64,000 bases of DNA, taken from NCBI RefSeq assembly GCF_006345805.1, contig NC_043000.1, positions 68,324,001 to 68,388,000 of the forward strand, in the 5' to 3' direction. Each line of letters begins with the position of its first letter. The stretch's first letter is position 1. The position numbers were made by a program, and so were the translations under genes. Shown in pieces: positions 51,904 through 64,000 of the stretch. Below the pieces are notes generated by a model, which saw only the letters and a program-made list of their open reading frames with translations, did no database searches and had not been told where the DNA came from. The DNA is from Octopus sinensis (lineage: Eukaryota).

Positions 51904-53137
51904 CCACTTACCACATAGCCACTTACGCTATGAAGACACAATAGCACATATTTGCGTCGGTTAATTTAACATATATATGATCTGTCAAGTGAACAAATAT
52001 TGAATGTCTAGTAAGCTCAAAGAATTCAAAAATGCATGAGTAGGTTCCTATATATTGGAGTTATGAGAACACATAACACGTAAAAATAGTCTTTTCATCT
52101 GTTTAGATATATAATATCTAAACACGTAGATAAAACACGCTATGGAGTGGAATCGAAACAGTGAAATGCCAATCAAACAAAGCATTGATAAGGAAATAAA
52201 AAAACAACTAAAGCCAAACCAAAACAACTACGACATATATGAGGAATTCTTGAATAAATAAGTTGACCTAACCAAATTATCTGGAGCGTAGAATGACGGC
52301 TACATATGACATGGAGAACAAACTCACAAGTGCTTAACTGGTGAAATTCAAATCAGTAAGAGGAAAGGCATTTTCACATGTTTATCTATGGAAACGTGTG
52401 TATAAATACATACATACATACATACATACATACATACATACATACATACATACATACATACATACATACATACGTATATACACACGTACGTACGTGTGCT
52501 ATGTACGTGTGTAGAGGCGAGACAGAAAGCACGCATATATACATACAAACACTCACATACATTCAGTTAACTAACACAGACGCAAGTAAATGCTCATGCA
52601 TTTATATAAAAGTATATCTACTTGTATATAAGCAACCAAATAAATACCCACTTGCACTCACACGTGTATGTTTGTGCGTATGTGCGTGCGTGTGTGTGTG
52701 GGTGTGTTTTCCTGGTTGTAGTTTATCACCGATCTAGTGGCAAGGCTTTAAATAAAGGTTTAAAGAAGTTCTTTTCGTAATACTTTGTGCAACTACTCCC
52801 TTTAAATTTTAAGGTCTCCATGATATCGTGATGATCTGTAATGTATGGTTTATGGAATTACAATCTTTCTCTTAAGAATTTAACAACTTCTGCCAGATTT
52901 TGAATTAAGCAGGGAATTCAAATGGAGAAAACGGATAAAATTATTAGAAAATCTTTTAAATGATTTCCGTTTCCTATGCATCTATATCTAAGAAATCTAC
53001 ATTATTCAGTTGCTGTCCCTGTGTCTACTTGGAGCTTTGAAAAAGAGAAAAACATTGTTCTAAATGCAACTGCATGTGATCTCTCGCGTCAGCGAAATTA
53101 CAGACCAAATATTTTATAAAATATATATGTAATATAT

Positions 53138-53295
53138 AGGCGTAGGCGTGGCTGTGTGGTAAGAAGCTTGCTTCTCAACCATATGGTTCCGTGGCATCTT
53201 GGGCAAGTGTCTTCTACTATAGACTTGGGTTGACCAAATTCTTGTGAATGAATTTGGTTGACAGAAACTGAGAGAAGCTCGTCGTATATATATAT

Positions 53296-53329
<34 letters not shown>

Positions 53330-54384
53330 CTAGCAGCATAGCCTGGCGTTGCCCGGGTATGTAAGAGCCCCTAGTAGGCAACGACTAATCCCAATCTAGT
53401 CCTTTCCCTCTAGGGAACGAAGGCGCATGTGTAGGTTGCAATGTCTTCTCTTCACTCCCAAATAACTATCAAACAGCTATCGATAATTCAACCCAACCAA
53501 TTCCTACCAGGAAGAAATTATATTCGAAACTTTACCCCCAACACCGCCACTTCTGCTAATAGCTGCTGCAGCCGCAAGTTATTCGAATACTTTCTTTATA
53601 ACTACCACCCCAAACGTTTTACCTTAAATTTTTGACGTACATTAAGGGTCCTCGGACGTTACTTGCAAACTCTTGGTTTATTATAAACCGCTTTTGTTGT
53701 GTGCACCAAAAAACCTTTTCCATTCGTTTGTTCAGTTTGGTCACTTTTGACTTTTTCGTTGTTGGTACTCACATTGCTGCCCGCTTTTTTGCCCTTTTTT
53801 GTACATTATTATACATTTTGGGATACTTACCCCACGTGTTCCGAGAGTTAAAAAGGTCGAGTTGCGTCCCCTAGACAGTCTGTGGTTTGTGTTTAATATA
53901 CAAATCGGTTTGCTATGTGTGCCACATATGATTTAATTAACCGATTTTTTCCAGTAATAAAGTATCCTATTGGAATAAAAAGGGCCATATAGCTCCTTGG
54001 AGCAGACATGATGCTCGCTGTGAATTTCAAAAAAAATTCCTGCCAATTTGTGAAAGATATTGTCGAAAATATATCATCTTGAATTTGAACGCGATTTCCC
54101 AAAATGGCATGATTTTACCGATTTTTTCTGATGGTAAGGTATTGCATGGAAAACTAACGTCAGAATTAAGTTTCTTAGGGTAACATTAAGCTTCACCATG
54201 AGTTTGGTGAAAATCGATTGTAAGTTGCGAAAACTACAACAGAAAATGTGTTGCATATAAAAAGCTTAGATTCTCGACCCCATGTCGAATTTATCGATTT
54301 TTTTCAGAACTGGGGGAACTTTTCAAAATTTTCGCTGCGTTAGTTTTGAATTGTGACGTTGGGCTATGTGTGTGTCAAACTGCC

Positions 54385-54462
<78 letters not shown>

Positions 54463-54717
54463 CATATGTGTATGTATATGTATATATTTATGTGTGTGTG
54501 TCTTTGTGCCTGTGTTTGTCCCCCTCTACACCATTACTTGACAACCGATGCTGGTATGTTTACATCTCAGTAACTTAGCAGTTCGGCAAAATAATTCGAT
54601 AGAATATGTACTAAGCTTACAACGAATAGGTTCTGGGGTCGATTGCTTCAACTAAAAGTCCTTTAAGACTGTGCTCCAGCATGGCCCCAGGCAAAATGAC
54701 TGAAACAAGTAAAAAAG
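53138..54717 (+). mobile_element. SINE family B split by an insertion in its internal (TA)n
   Basis: Head 53138-53285 and tail ~54490-54717 are collinear with intact family B copies. Confidence 0.85.
53330..54388 (-). mobile_element. Non-autonomous Helitron-like element
   Basis: Minus strand ends with the GC-rich hairpin cccgggcaacgccagg, then tatgctgCTAG followed by T; no TIR or TSD; 5' end merges into (TA)n and the 5' TC is not visible. Confidence 0.7.
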
Positions 54718-55567
54718 CAGCGAATAGCTCCAGAATGCCTAAGCTAAGATTCGAAACCAAATCCACATTTTTCTATATTGTCAGACAAGTCCTTGATCTA
54801 TTATCTCAGCTTTTTTGTACTCAGTGGTTAATGGGAATGTGATGGTTTTTTTAATCTTTCTAGGGCATTCTTCGTTCAATTCTGATTAAGTACGAAAAAC
54901 CCTATTGTTCTAGCAAGTTATTAAAACATACAAATAACTATCTTCCTCTCTTTGGCCAATTGTCTGTGGATAGAGAGAGCAAACCTGTCAGTGTGCTGAT
55001 TAACGCGTGCAAAAGTAGACCTCTTAATGTATCCTTTTAGCAGCACAGGGATAAAACTAGGTCCCATACACATTGACCATGGAACCAGAGACAAATATTT
55101 TACTGCATCCACAAAAGAACGTGTATATACAGGCAACTCGACGCAGTTGCAAATTTTATATGTTGTAACGACTAATATTATAATTATCTTCAACTTTGTA
55201 ACAACAAAATAAATTGGCCGGTTTAATATTTAATTAATTGTTCTTCAATCATTTCGCGGCTGCATTATAACATTAAAACATTATCGTATATTACATATAT
55301 ATTTAAAGCTTCCATTAATGTTGAAGTTTTGCTTGTTGGTGCACACTGTAGTAGTTATTTACACACAAAAGAAGGAGATTTGAATTCTGTAACATTTCAA
55401 CTTTTGTCGCCTGGTTTCGGTTATCTCTGCCGTGGATGCATAAAATATAGGTAAATTTTTTTTATTATTTTCATTTGCATTCCCACCGATGAAGTTCCTT
55501 GTGTTCTATTAATCATCCTCTTTGCAGGAACTCGATCGTATTTCAGCTAATATATATTTAATATATA

Positions 55568-55942
55568 AGGTGAAGGCGTGGCTGTGTGGTGAGAAGCTTG
55601 CTTCCCAAGCACACGGTTTTCGGTTCAGTCTCACAGCATGGCACCTTGGGCGAGAGTCTTTTACTATAGCCTCGGGGCAACCAAAAACTTGTGAGTGGAT
55701 TTGGTCGACGAAAACTGAAAGAAGCCTGTCGTGTGAGTGTATATATATATATATATATATATATGCATGTATATAGCTACATGTTTGTGTTTTTACATTC
55801 CCGTAACTTTACAGTTCGACGGAAGAGGACGCTAGAATAAGTACTTGGCTTAAAAAAACAAGTGTTGAAGTCAACTAAAGTTCTTCATGGCGTTGCCCAG
55901 TATGGTCGCAGTCTAATGACTGAAATATATTCAAGATAAAAG
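55568..55942 (+). mobile_element. SINE family B, degenerate
   Basis: Head, internal (TA)n and decayed tail. Confidence 0.8.
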
Positions 55943-56100
55943 CTAGCAGAATCGTTGTCGCGCCGGATAACAAGATTAGCGTATTTCGTCCCTCTTTACG
56001 TTCTGATTTCAAATTCCGCCGGAGTCGACTTTTCCTTTCATCCTTCTGGGGTCAATGTAATCGATATCCACGCCCACGTAATTGCTGGCCTTGTGCCAAA
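55942..56100 (+). mobile_element. SINE family A, internally deleted
   Basis: gctagcagaatcgtt...aaattccgccggagtcgac...gccttgtgccaaa. Confidence 0.75.
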
Positions 56101-56394
56101 AGCTCTGATCGCGGTTTAACATTTTTACCTGGATGCACCCCGTAGTACATTTCCTTGCACTTTGTCACTTGCGATTTCACTGTGGCGGTTGAAAAGAATC
56201 ATGATAAATTTGAATTCCTTCTGATTCCAAGCTGTTTTCTAAGAATTGGCTTAGTTTGAAAACATGCGAACGTGACACAGAGAAATATGTATTTATTTTA
56301 ATATATGTATATATCTCGCTCAGATTTAAAACTAGTTATACGTGTGTGTGTGTGTGTGTGTGTACGTATATATGTGTGTTTGTACACACACACA

Positions 56395-56807
<413 letters not shown>

Positions 56808-56817
56808 AGCATATATA

Positions 56818-56868
<51 letters not shown>

Positions 56869-56886
56869 ATATATATATATATATAT

Positions 56887-57490
56887 CTAGGGATCATGAA
56901 ACCATCATCCTTCTCTTCTACACATTCGCTAGGCCCCAACCTCGAATACTGCTGCCCATTGTGGTCCCCCTACAAAAAACAAGACATAAAGAGGATCGAA
57001 GCCCCACAAAGATCAATCACTAAAAAAATAAATGACATGATGGGACTTGATTATTGGGCTTTACCTAAACAGCTGAAACTCTATTCTCTGCAACGCCGCC
57101 GTGAGCGATACGATATTTGCACCATGTGGAAAATATTCCACCAATATTATCCAAATGATATCGGCATTATGTTTACAATTCACCCAAGACTAGACCCCCG
57201 TGCAATGCGTCCCCTACAAAAGTCGAGATCACATCACTTAAGAACATTGCGACACAATTTCTTCACTGCTCTTTTCAATGTTATCCCGAAAGAAATTAAA
57301 GCAGAAAAAGACGCCACAACTTTCAAAGGAAACACCGGATAAACCACCAACATCTGGATACGTCTCAACCAACAACAACACTCTGCTTGAGTGGTCCATG
57401 GTGTCCCGAAATAATTAACTACAAGACTTTTCCAGGTGGTGCTATTGAGTTAGGCATGGCCTGGGCCGATAATGGCTAAAACCAATCTAA

Positions 57491-57494
<4 letters not shown>
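56887..57494 (+). mobile_element. CR1-type LINE 3' end
   Basis: PNLEYCCPLWSPY..QDIKRIEAPQR..TKKI..M..LDYW..LKLYSLQRRRERY, then 3' UTR. Confidence 0.88.
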
Positions 57495-57534
<40 letters not shown>

Positions 57535-58900
57535 TTAGTTACAGAGTACTAAGTCTTGATCGGACAGGAGGGTCATTTCCACTGTGATGTTGTGAATTGT
57601 GTTAGCATGGTTACTTAGCAATAGGTCCAAGACACATTGGTTGCTTCTGGTTGGTTCATGGACGATATGTGAGAGGAAAAAATATCCATAAATTTAAAAA
57701 GTAATTCCACTGCTTCTTTGTCTGAGCTTGAGGTGAAGGTTCTTGATCTAAAAATATTAGTGGACCAATCTACAGAGGGTAGGTTGAAGTCGCCCATCAT
57801 CAAAATATTTCCTGGGTTACATTGCAGGAGGAAAGAGTTGATCTTCTCGAGGCACTCTTGGATATAGTGTAAGGGTGCTTGTGGGGGTCTGTAGAGCCCA
57901 GTCACAGACAGGTCGTTACTATTGTTCTGTACAGAGACTAATTTGCAGTAGCCTTTGGAGAACATGTCCTTGGCATCTGCGCTGAAAGAATCATGGAGGA
58001 AGCAACTCCACCCCTTCTTCGACCAGCCCTCTAAATGACGCTCGTTTAGGTTGGTCTCAGTTAGGACAAATCAAAGGATTGGATGTGGGTGTGCTGCAAT
58101 CCATCCCTCAATGTAGGGTATTTTCCATTTTTAAGCCTTGATGGCTGGGTTGATACCTTAGGCATTAAGGAGGAATGTTGTTGTTAAGGCAGCAGCTTCG
58201 CTGCGTTTTTTCAGGATCCGCACATCATATTTGTTGTTGTTATTGCTACTCAGTGACAGTAGCAAGAGTGTTTTTCGCCTTGGGTTGGCAGTAGAGGTTG
58301 AATACTTTTCTGGATTTCTTTCGCCAGATTTAACATGGCTAAAAAAGAAGTTTGGTTCCTTGAGTCACTGCAGCTGTTGCACTGCTGGATGCGGCTGCAA
58401 AAAATTTTATTATTGCATTTGCTTTTTCGGCTTGGTTTTCTGTTCCTCGGTTTATGTGGAGGAAATGAACCATTTTTGCCGTAGTAAGCGATACAGTTAT
58501 TGTGGTGATTGGACTGTTTGGAGTTGGGATAAGGAGCAGGTTTGGCGTGGTTGCATCTGTTGGGTGGAGCACTCACAGTATTACCACTTTTCTTAGTGTC
58601 ACTATATTTACTAATGGACTGTCTAGTTTCCGGTAGGTAGGTAAAAGGGCAGCTTTGTTGCAAACATATTCTCTCATGAAGAGAGTAGCAGCAGATATTA
58701 GGATTCCGTTTTGCTTGTGTAAGAGGAGTGTGATGTGGTTGTCTGTTCATGGATGTTCCATAGTTGATACGTCTAGTACGTGGGAGGTGAGTGAAAAGAC
58801 AGTCTTCTCACAAACACATCCTCTCACGGAAGGAATAATGGCAGTTTTGGGTTCCGTTTTGTATGTGGCAGTTGTTTACGGAAGATTTAGAAGTGAATGG
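57535..58900 (-). mobile_element. CR1-type LINE 5' portion (ORF1 remnant and APE endonuclease)
   Basis: GINPA..KWKI..LTETNL, LYRPP, ILMMGDFNLP, VLDLLL, LSDQ(H); Cys-containing ORF1-like remnant at 58250-58750. Confidence 0.8.
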
Positions 58901-58932
58901 TTCTGGGAATGATGTGGTAAGGGTTCCTAGTT

Positions 58933-59546
58933 CGCCTCCCTTTTCCCCTCACCTACCATCCCACCACCCTACCTCTCCAACGCACCATTCTCCGAGCTTT
59001 CCAGCATCATAGTCCGACCCGTCCAAATCACACATCTTCCCTAACCGACCTCTTCCCGCCTTCAAACGAGCCCACAACCTACAAGACCTCTTGGTCCACA
59101 GCTTCTTCCCCAACCCTACCTCCCAACCTGGCTTGTTCCCCTGCTCCCGCCCACGCTGCCGCACTTGCCCTTACCTCTCCAACACCACTCTCCTCATCGG
59201 CACCCATCATCGACCCTATCGCATCACCGACTCCTTCACCTGCACCTCCAGCAATATCATCTGTTGCATCTCCTGCTCTCTCTGCCATTTTCTGTACATC
59301 GGACAAACGGGACGCCGCTTGGCTGACCGGTTCGTGGAACACCTCCGAGACATCCGCCTCGGCAATGACACCCCGATCTCACGCCATTTCCGCTCTACCG
59401 GTCACTCTTTGCAACACCTGTCAGTGTTCGGATTGTCCTTGCACAGAGACCATCCTGACTCCCGTTTGCGCCCTGAACAGGGATTAATCTTCTCTCTTCG
59501 CTCCTTTACGTCATTTGGGCTCAACTCTCCTTCCCTCTTCCTCTAA
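58933..59546 (+). mobile_element. Penelope-like element, RT C-terminus plus GIY-YIG endonuclease
   Basis: PLTYHP, AFKRAHNLQDLLVH, CSRPRCRTC linker, FTCTSSNIICCISCSLC..LYIGQTGRRLADRFVEH, RHF, GLN. Confidence 0.92.
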
Positions 59547-60250
59547 CCTCCTCCCCTTGCCTCTCTCCTCCTCCCCCACTTCCTCCCACCCAACTCTCCT
59601 CTATTGCCCCAACTCCTACTTCTCTTCACTCCTACTTCTCTTCACCCCTATTCTCTTTCCCTCTTCTCTCTTACTCTCTTTCTCTCTTCTCTTTTTCTCT
59701 CTTCTCTCTTGCGCTCTTTCTCTCCTCTCTCTCTCCCTCCCTCCTACTTCCTGCCACCCAACTTTCCTCTCTTGCTCCGACTCCTCCTTTTCTTCACTCC
59801 TATTTCTCTTCACCCCTACTCTCTTTCCCTCTTCTCTCTTACTCTCTTTCTCTCTTTTCTCTTTCTCTCTTCTCACTCTCCTTCGCTCTTTCTCTCTTTC
59901 TCTCCCCTCTTTCCCTCTTCTTTCTTACTCTCTTTCTCTCTTCCCTCTTTCTCCCTTCTCTCTTATTCTCTTTCTCTCTTCTCTCTTACTCATTCCCCCT
60001 CTCTTTCTTTCTTCTCTCTTACTCTCTTTCTCGCTTCTCTCCTCCTCTCTCTCTTCACATACCCACCTTCCCCTCCCCATAAGCCCACCCCACCCCTGCA
60101 CATTCCTACTCCACCTTCCCTAAACTTCCCATCCCACACCACACACCCTCTTCCACATACCCCACCTCTACCCCCACCCTCTGCCTACCCATAAACCCCA
60201 GCCCTCAGCCGAACCCACAGCCCACCCGTGCTTTCCCCACTCTGCCTCCC
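59547..60250. repeat. Polypyrimidine/low-complexity tract
   Basis: C/T-rich with an internal ~70-bp duplication; source of the S/L/F-rich ORFs. Confidence 0.9.
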
Positions 60251-60429
60251 CCACCTCTCAACATCACACCACACCACACTACACCATACAACATTACACA
60301 TTATATCACAACACACCACCCACACACCATCCCCACATTTTCACACCTACACATACATACATACACACGTCCAGACCACCAGCCCTCATTCACACGCACA
60401 TACATACTCTCTTATACACACACACACCT

Positions 60430-60710
60430 TCGTGTTGGGGGTCATCTTTACTTTGTTATCTCCCCTACTTCTTCCCTCTCGTGTGTGACCCTTCTGTCTG
60501 GCAGTCGCCATGATAGATCGTTAGCCACTACACACATTATTCTCTCTCCTTGTTTCTCTCCTTGTTTTTTGTATGTCCCTTTCTGTAGAAGAGCGATGGC
60601 TCGAAACGTAAAAGACTTTTTTTCTGTTCCTGAGCGTTATACCAATACATCTGTTTGTTTTGTACACCACCTGTCTTCGTCTTTTGATTTTTTCGTAAAC
60701 TCTCCCTATA
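60430..60710 (+). mobile_element. Putative Penelope terminal repeat (pLTR) region
   Basis: Lies downstream of the GIY-YIG ORF in the same orientation and contains the hammerhead motif. Confidence 0.55.
60575..60616 (+). ncRNA. Minimal type I hammerhead ribozyme motif (variant core)
   Basis: cttt-CTGTAGA-A-gagc(gatg)gctc-GAAAC-GTA-aaag: stem I cttt/aaag, stem II gagc/gctc, palindromic ACGT stem III, GUA cleavage triplet. Confidence 0.7.
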
Positions 60711-60726
60711 TATATATATGTGTGTG

Positions 60727-60792
<66 letters not shown>

Positions 60793-60802
60793 TATATATA
60801 TA

Positions 60803-60833
<31 letters not shown>

Positions 60834-60979
60834 CCTTCACTTGTACGTGTTCGGTTTCTGTCTGAAACAATCATGACACCCTGAACTCTTGTTTACAGAA
60901 CCTTTAGACAGATTCTATTTAAGGATGCATGTGTGTGTGTGTGTGTGGTGCGGTGTATGTGCATGTGCGTGTGTATGAA

Positions 60980-61200
60980 GGTGCGTGGTTTAGTAGTTAA
61001 GGTGTTAGAATCATTGTCATAGGGTCTTGGGTTTGATTTCCTGGATGAGCATCGACTTGAATCCTTGAGGAAGGCACAACATTTCGTTGACCAAGTGGCA
61101 ACTGGTGCAGGACTCTCTCCCTTCCGCTGTTTTATCTTCCATGTTCCGTAGAGCCAAATGTGGTAGCGGTGAGAGCGTGTCTATATCTGCTCGCAACTAC
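60980..61200 (+). mobile_element. tRNA-derived SINE, degenerate
   Basis: gtggtttagtagttaagg (A-box-like), gggtttgatttcc (B-box-like), tccttgagg. Confidence 0.5.
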
Positions 61201-61219
61201 ATAATCACTTAAACAATTA

Positions 61220-61333
61220 GCGAAAATTTGGTACAAATTACCGGTTCATACTCGCTTGCGAGTGACGGAATATATGTATATATTCCGTCACTCGTAAGAG
61301 AGTATGACCCGGTAATTTGTACCAAATTTTCGC
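61220..61333. repeat. 114-bp near-perfect palindrome
   Basis: Arms gcgaaaatttggtacaaattaccgg...gacggaatata with 3 mismatches; essentially no loop. Confidence 0.92.
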
Positions 61334-61350
61334 AGTACATACATACATAT

Positions 61351-61462
<112 letters not shown>

Positions 61463-62023
61463 GCACGCACAAACACACCATACGTATATATACATATGCA
61501 TACTTAGATATATATAAATGTATTATGTATGCAAGTATGTATATATTTATGTAAACACACACATATATACATACCATACTTAATTATAGTCGACTGACAC
61601 TTTCACCAAAGAATAGAATGTTCTGATAATTCATCTGTGGAATTTGAATAATTTTTTCCTTCAAATAAAATGACACGCAAAGAAAGATTACATTATTGCA
61701 AGAAAATATCGACTAAACTAAATTCTTCGACCTTTGACCTCTCAGTTTGTCGTTTTGTCTTCGTACAAAACTTTTTCGTTTCCTTTTTCTTATTCTTGTT
61801 CTTAACTCTCTGCCTTATTTGTTCTTTGTTTATTTCTTTTTAAAGCGTTTAACATGCCGACGAAGAAAGAATGGAAAAGAGGGTGAAATTATTAGAAAAC
61901 CTTTGTCTTGAAACGATATCAGTTACTGTATGTCTATGTAAGAAATCTATAATATTCTGTTATTATCTTTATTTCCAGTGCTATAACTATGGAAGGAAAT
62001 CGAAGACATAATGTATTATGCCC

Positions 62024-62068
<45 letters not shown>

Positions 62069-62499
62069 CGCGTAATGCTTTTGTCTATGTACACGCATAA
62101 ATGTAATTCATTTCCAAATAAATTGAATATTTTAGGCTCCGATGAAGCTATAAGGTGTTACTCAGACACTCAACTGTTAGTCCATTGCATCCTATAGCAG
62201 AAACAACTGTAAGCTAATGAAGTTCATAAGATAATCGTTTAATCTTTTGTCATTTCATTTTTTTTTTTTTACTTAATGATGCTTTTGTAATTGGTATTGT
62301 TGTTTTACTTGCTACAGGTGTTGTTATTTAGCTCCAGCTCGGCCCTCAGTGAGCAGTTTTAATATCAAAGGTATTCTATCCGCTATCAATTTGTACTTTG
62401 CTAAGACATTAGTCCATCTAGGTAAACATTATCCACTGTGTTCTTTTCTCAGATGATCAATGTGATATGAGAGAGTTTTGGCTGCTATTTCCTAACATC

Positions 62500-62900
62500 T
62501 ATCTTTCTAAACGGTTCGACATGTGGGGGAGTGGTGTCACCGCAGGGGATGGAGGAAAGTTAAGTTGAGTCGTAAGCCTTTCAATCATCAAGGATAATGA
62601 TTTCAGTAACAGTTTGAGATAGAGGTCCTTGAGCGGGAGATAAGTAACTACTTGTGGTTGGAGGGGTTCGGCGAGTAGAAGAGACAGCAAGTTGGAGCAA
62701 AGAGTAACTGGAAATTTTTCTTACTAACAACTAGGCAAAAGATGTTAGCAGAAGGAGTAGTTTCTCTGTAAACAGATAATCTGTCGTTTGGAGATAAAAA
62801 TAAAGTGCCAGTCAAATACTAGTAGCCATTAAATCCACTGCACCTATCTTCCCAAAATGTATGGCTTTGTGTCAATGTAAGAAAAACTTACCGCGCATAG
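62500..62900 (-). mobile_element. LINE APE-endonuclease remnant
   Basis: Minus frames give LSVYRET, IFCL, LFYSPN (YRSP-like) and EIIILDD (GDFN-like). Confidence 0.4.
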
Positions 62901-64000
62901 AGTTGTGGGTAAGCCACCACCAGTTTTGAGTCAATGACTACATTTAAACTTATATTTTAAGTATTTATTCCAACTTCATACACGCATGTCACTAAAGCCA
63001 TTGAAATGGCTTGAAGGTCTTATAAAAATTTTCTTTGTACCTGTATCGGTACCGTCAACATTACTGACAGAGAAGAAGGCATGTAACAAATGTTAGAAAG
63101 CCGCAGTACATGCTACACACACGTGAGCGCGCGTATGTACGTACATATATACACATATTAATAAATAAATAAATAAATAAATAAATGAATATATATATAT
63201 ATAAACATAAACATACGTACATGCAAACAAGAAATTAGACTTATGGCTTTATATACATTTTATATACACATTCATTACTGAATGCACCATCGTTCAATAA
63301 AAACGAAATCCAGATGCAGATGTTTAATGTTGAAATGTCTCATATTTATATAATGATATTGTTTGTTTAAGAAGACAACAAAGAAAATAGAGTTTTGAAT
63401 TCATTTCAGTTCCAAAGAAAGTGAACTGGCAAATATTTACATCTTACTTACTTAATCCTCCACTTTCGAAAAGTCTTCGCATTTAATAATAGCAATTCGG
63501 ATGTGGGAGGAATATAGCAATAGTCGGCAGAGTTTGTAAAAGAATTATTGCTGAGATTTTAGAATTAAATATATGCGAATGTGTATGTTTGTAGCTGTTT
63601 ATGTGTATGTGTGTGTGCGTATATTTACTTTCCCAAACTGTATTTCCTCGATTTTATATGTAAACATTTTCATGTTGGGTTATATGTTGAGGCTTAATGT
63701 AAACTAGCTGAGTGGACATGGAATTACAAAGCAAGCTGTTCCACTCAGTTTCATTCCAGACACTTTGTTGTGTATCTAAGCAATATATTTAATTCTATAA
63801 ACCTCTGTCACGTTATCTGGCGATGCTATTTGCAATAAACAGGTGTCCTATCCAGGGAAAGATATAACCATACATTTCATGACACAAAAAAAAAAAATTA
63901 AGGGAAGAACTGATTTTTTAAAAGTCACACGATTTTAAGAGAAAAATACCTGAATGAACGAGTAGGGCCCAGGATAATTAACCTGGTCAGCATGAATTCG

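Noticed and set aside
52100-52124. 11-bp-arm palindrome tgtttagatat/atatctaaaca
   Set aside because: AT-rich and short; expected occasionally by chance.
54921-55212. Overlapping 90-aa and 61-aa ORFs in unique sequence
   Set aside because: No recognisable domain and no convincing splice or start context.
59515-60194. 200-aa Ser/Leu/Phe-rich ORFs
   Set aside because: Translations of the polypyrimidine tract.

Overview
This 64-kb window is AT-rich eukaryotic DNA dominated by repeats. It is most likely octopus or another coleoid cephalopod; this is inferred from dense CA/TA/TATG/AAT microsatellites and from tRNA-derived SINEs resembling published octopus SINEs. I can support no intact host gene, and most listed ORFs are microsatellite artefacts. 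Transposable elements present: many SINE copies (informal families A-E), a decayed mariner, a decayed Buster-type hAT plus a matching MITE, several TIR elements with recognisable TSDs, a Helitron-like element nested in a SINE, at least four R4/Dong-clade LINE lineages clustered in or beside (AAT)n arrays, CR1-type and RTE LINE fragments (the RTEs end in C2H2 zinc fingers), and a Penelope-like GIY-YIG element. Most interesting: (i) a minimal hammerhead ribozyme motif in the Penelope terminal repeat; (ii) a ~550-bp non-coding element present twice, each time embedded in (AAT)n next to Dong LINEs, a candidate site-specific non-autonomous partner; (iii) a tRNA-Met(CAT)-like gene with a 22-nt insert at the canonical 37/38 intron position; (iv) a perfect 105-bp inverted duplication around a self-complementary microsatellite; (v) candidate isolated exons, one resembling a PAN/apple module. 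Alignments were done by eye. Boundaries are approximate except where TIR/TSD or splice positions are quoted.
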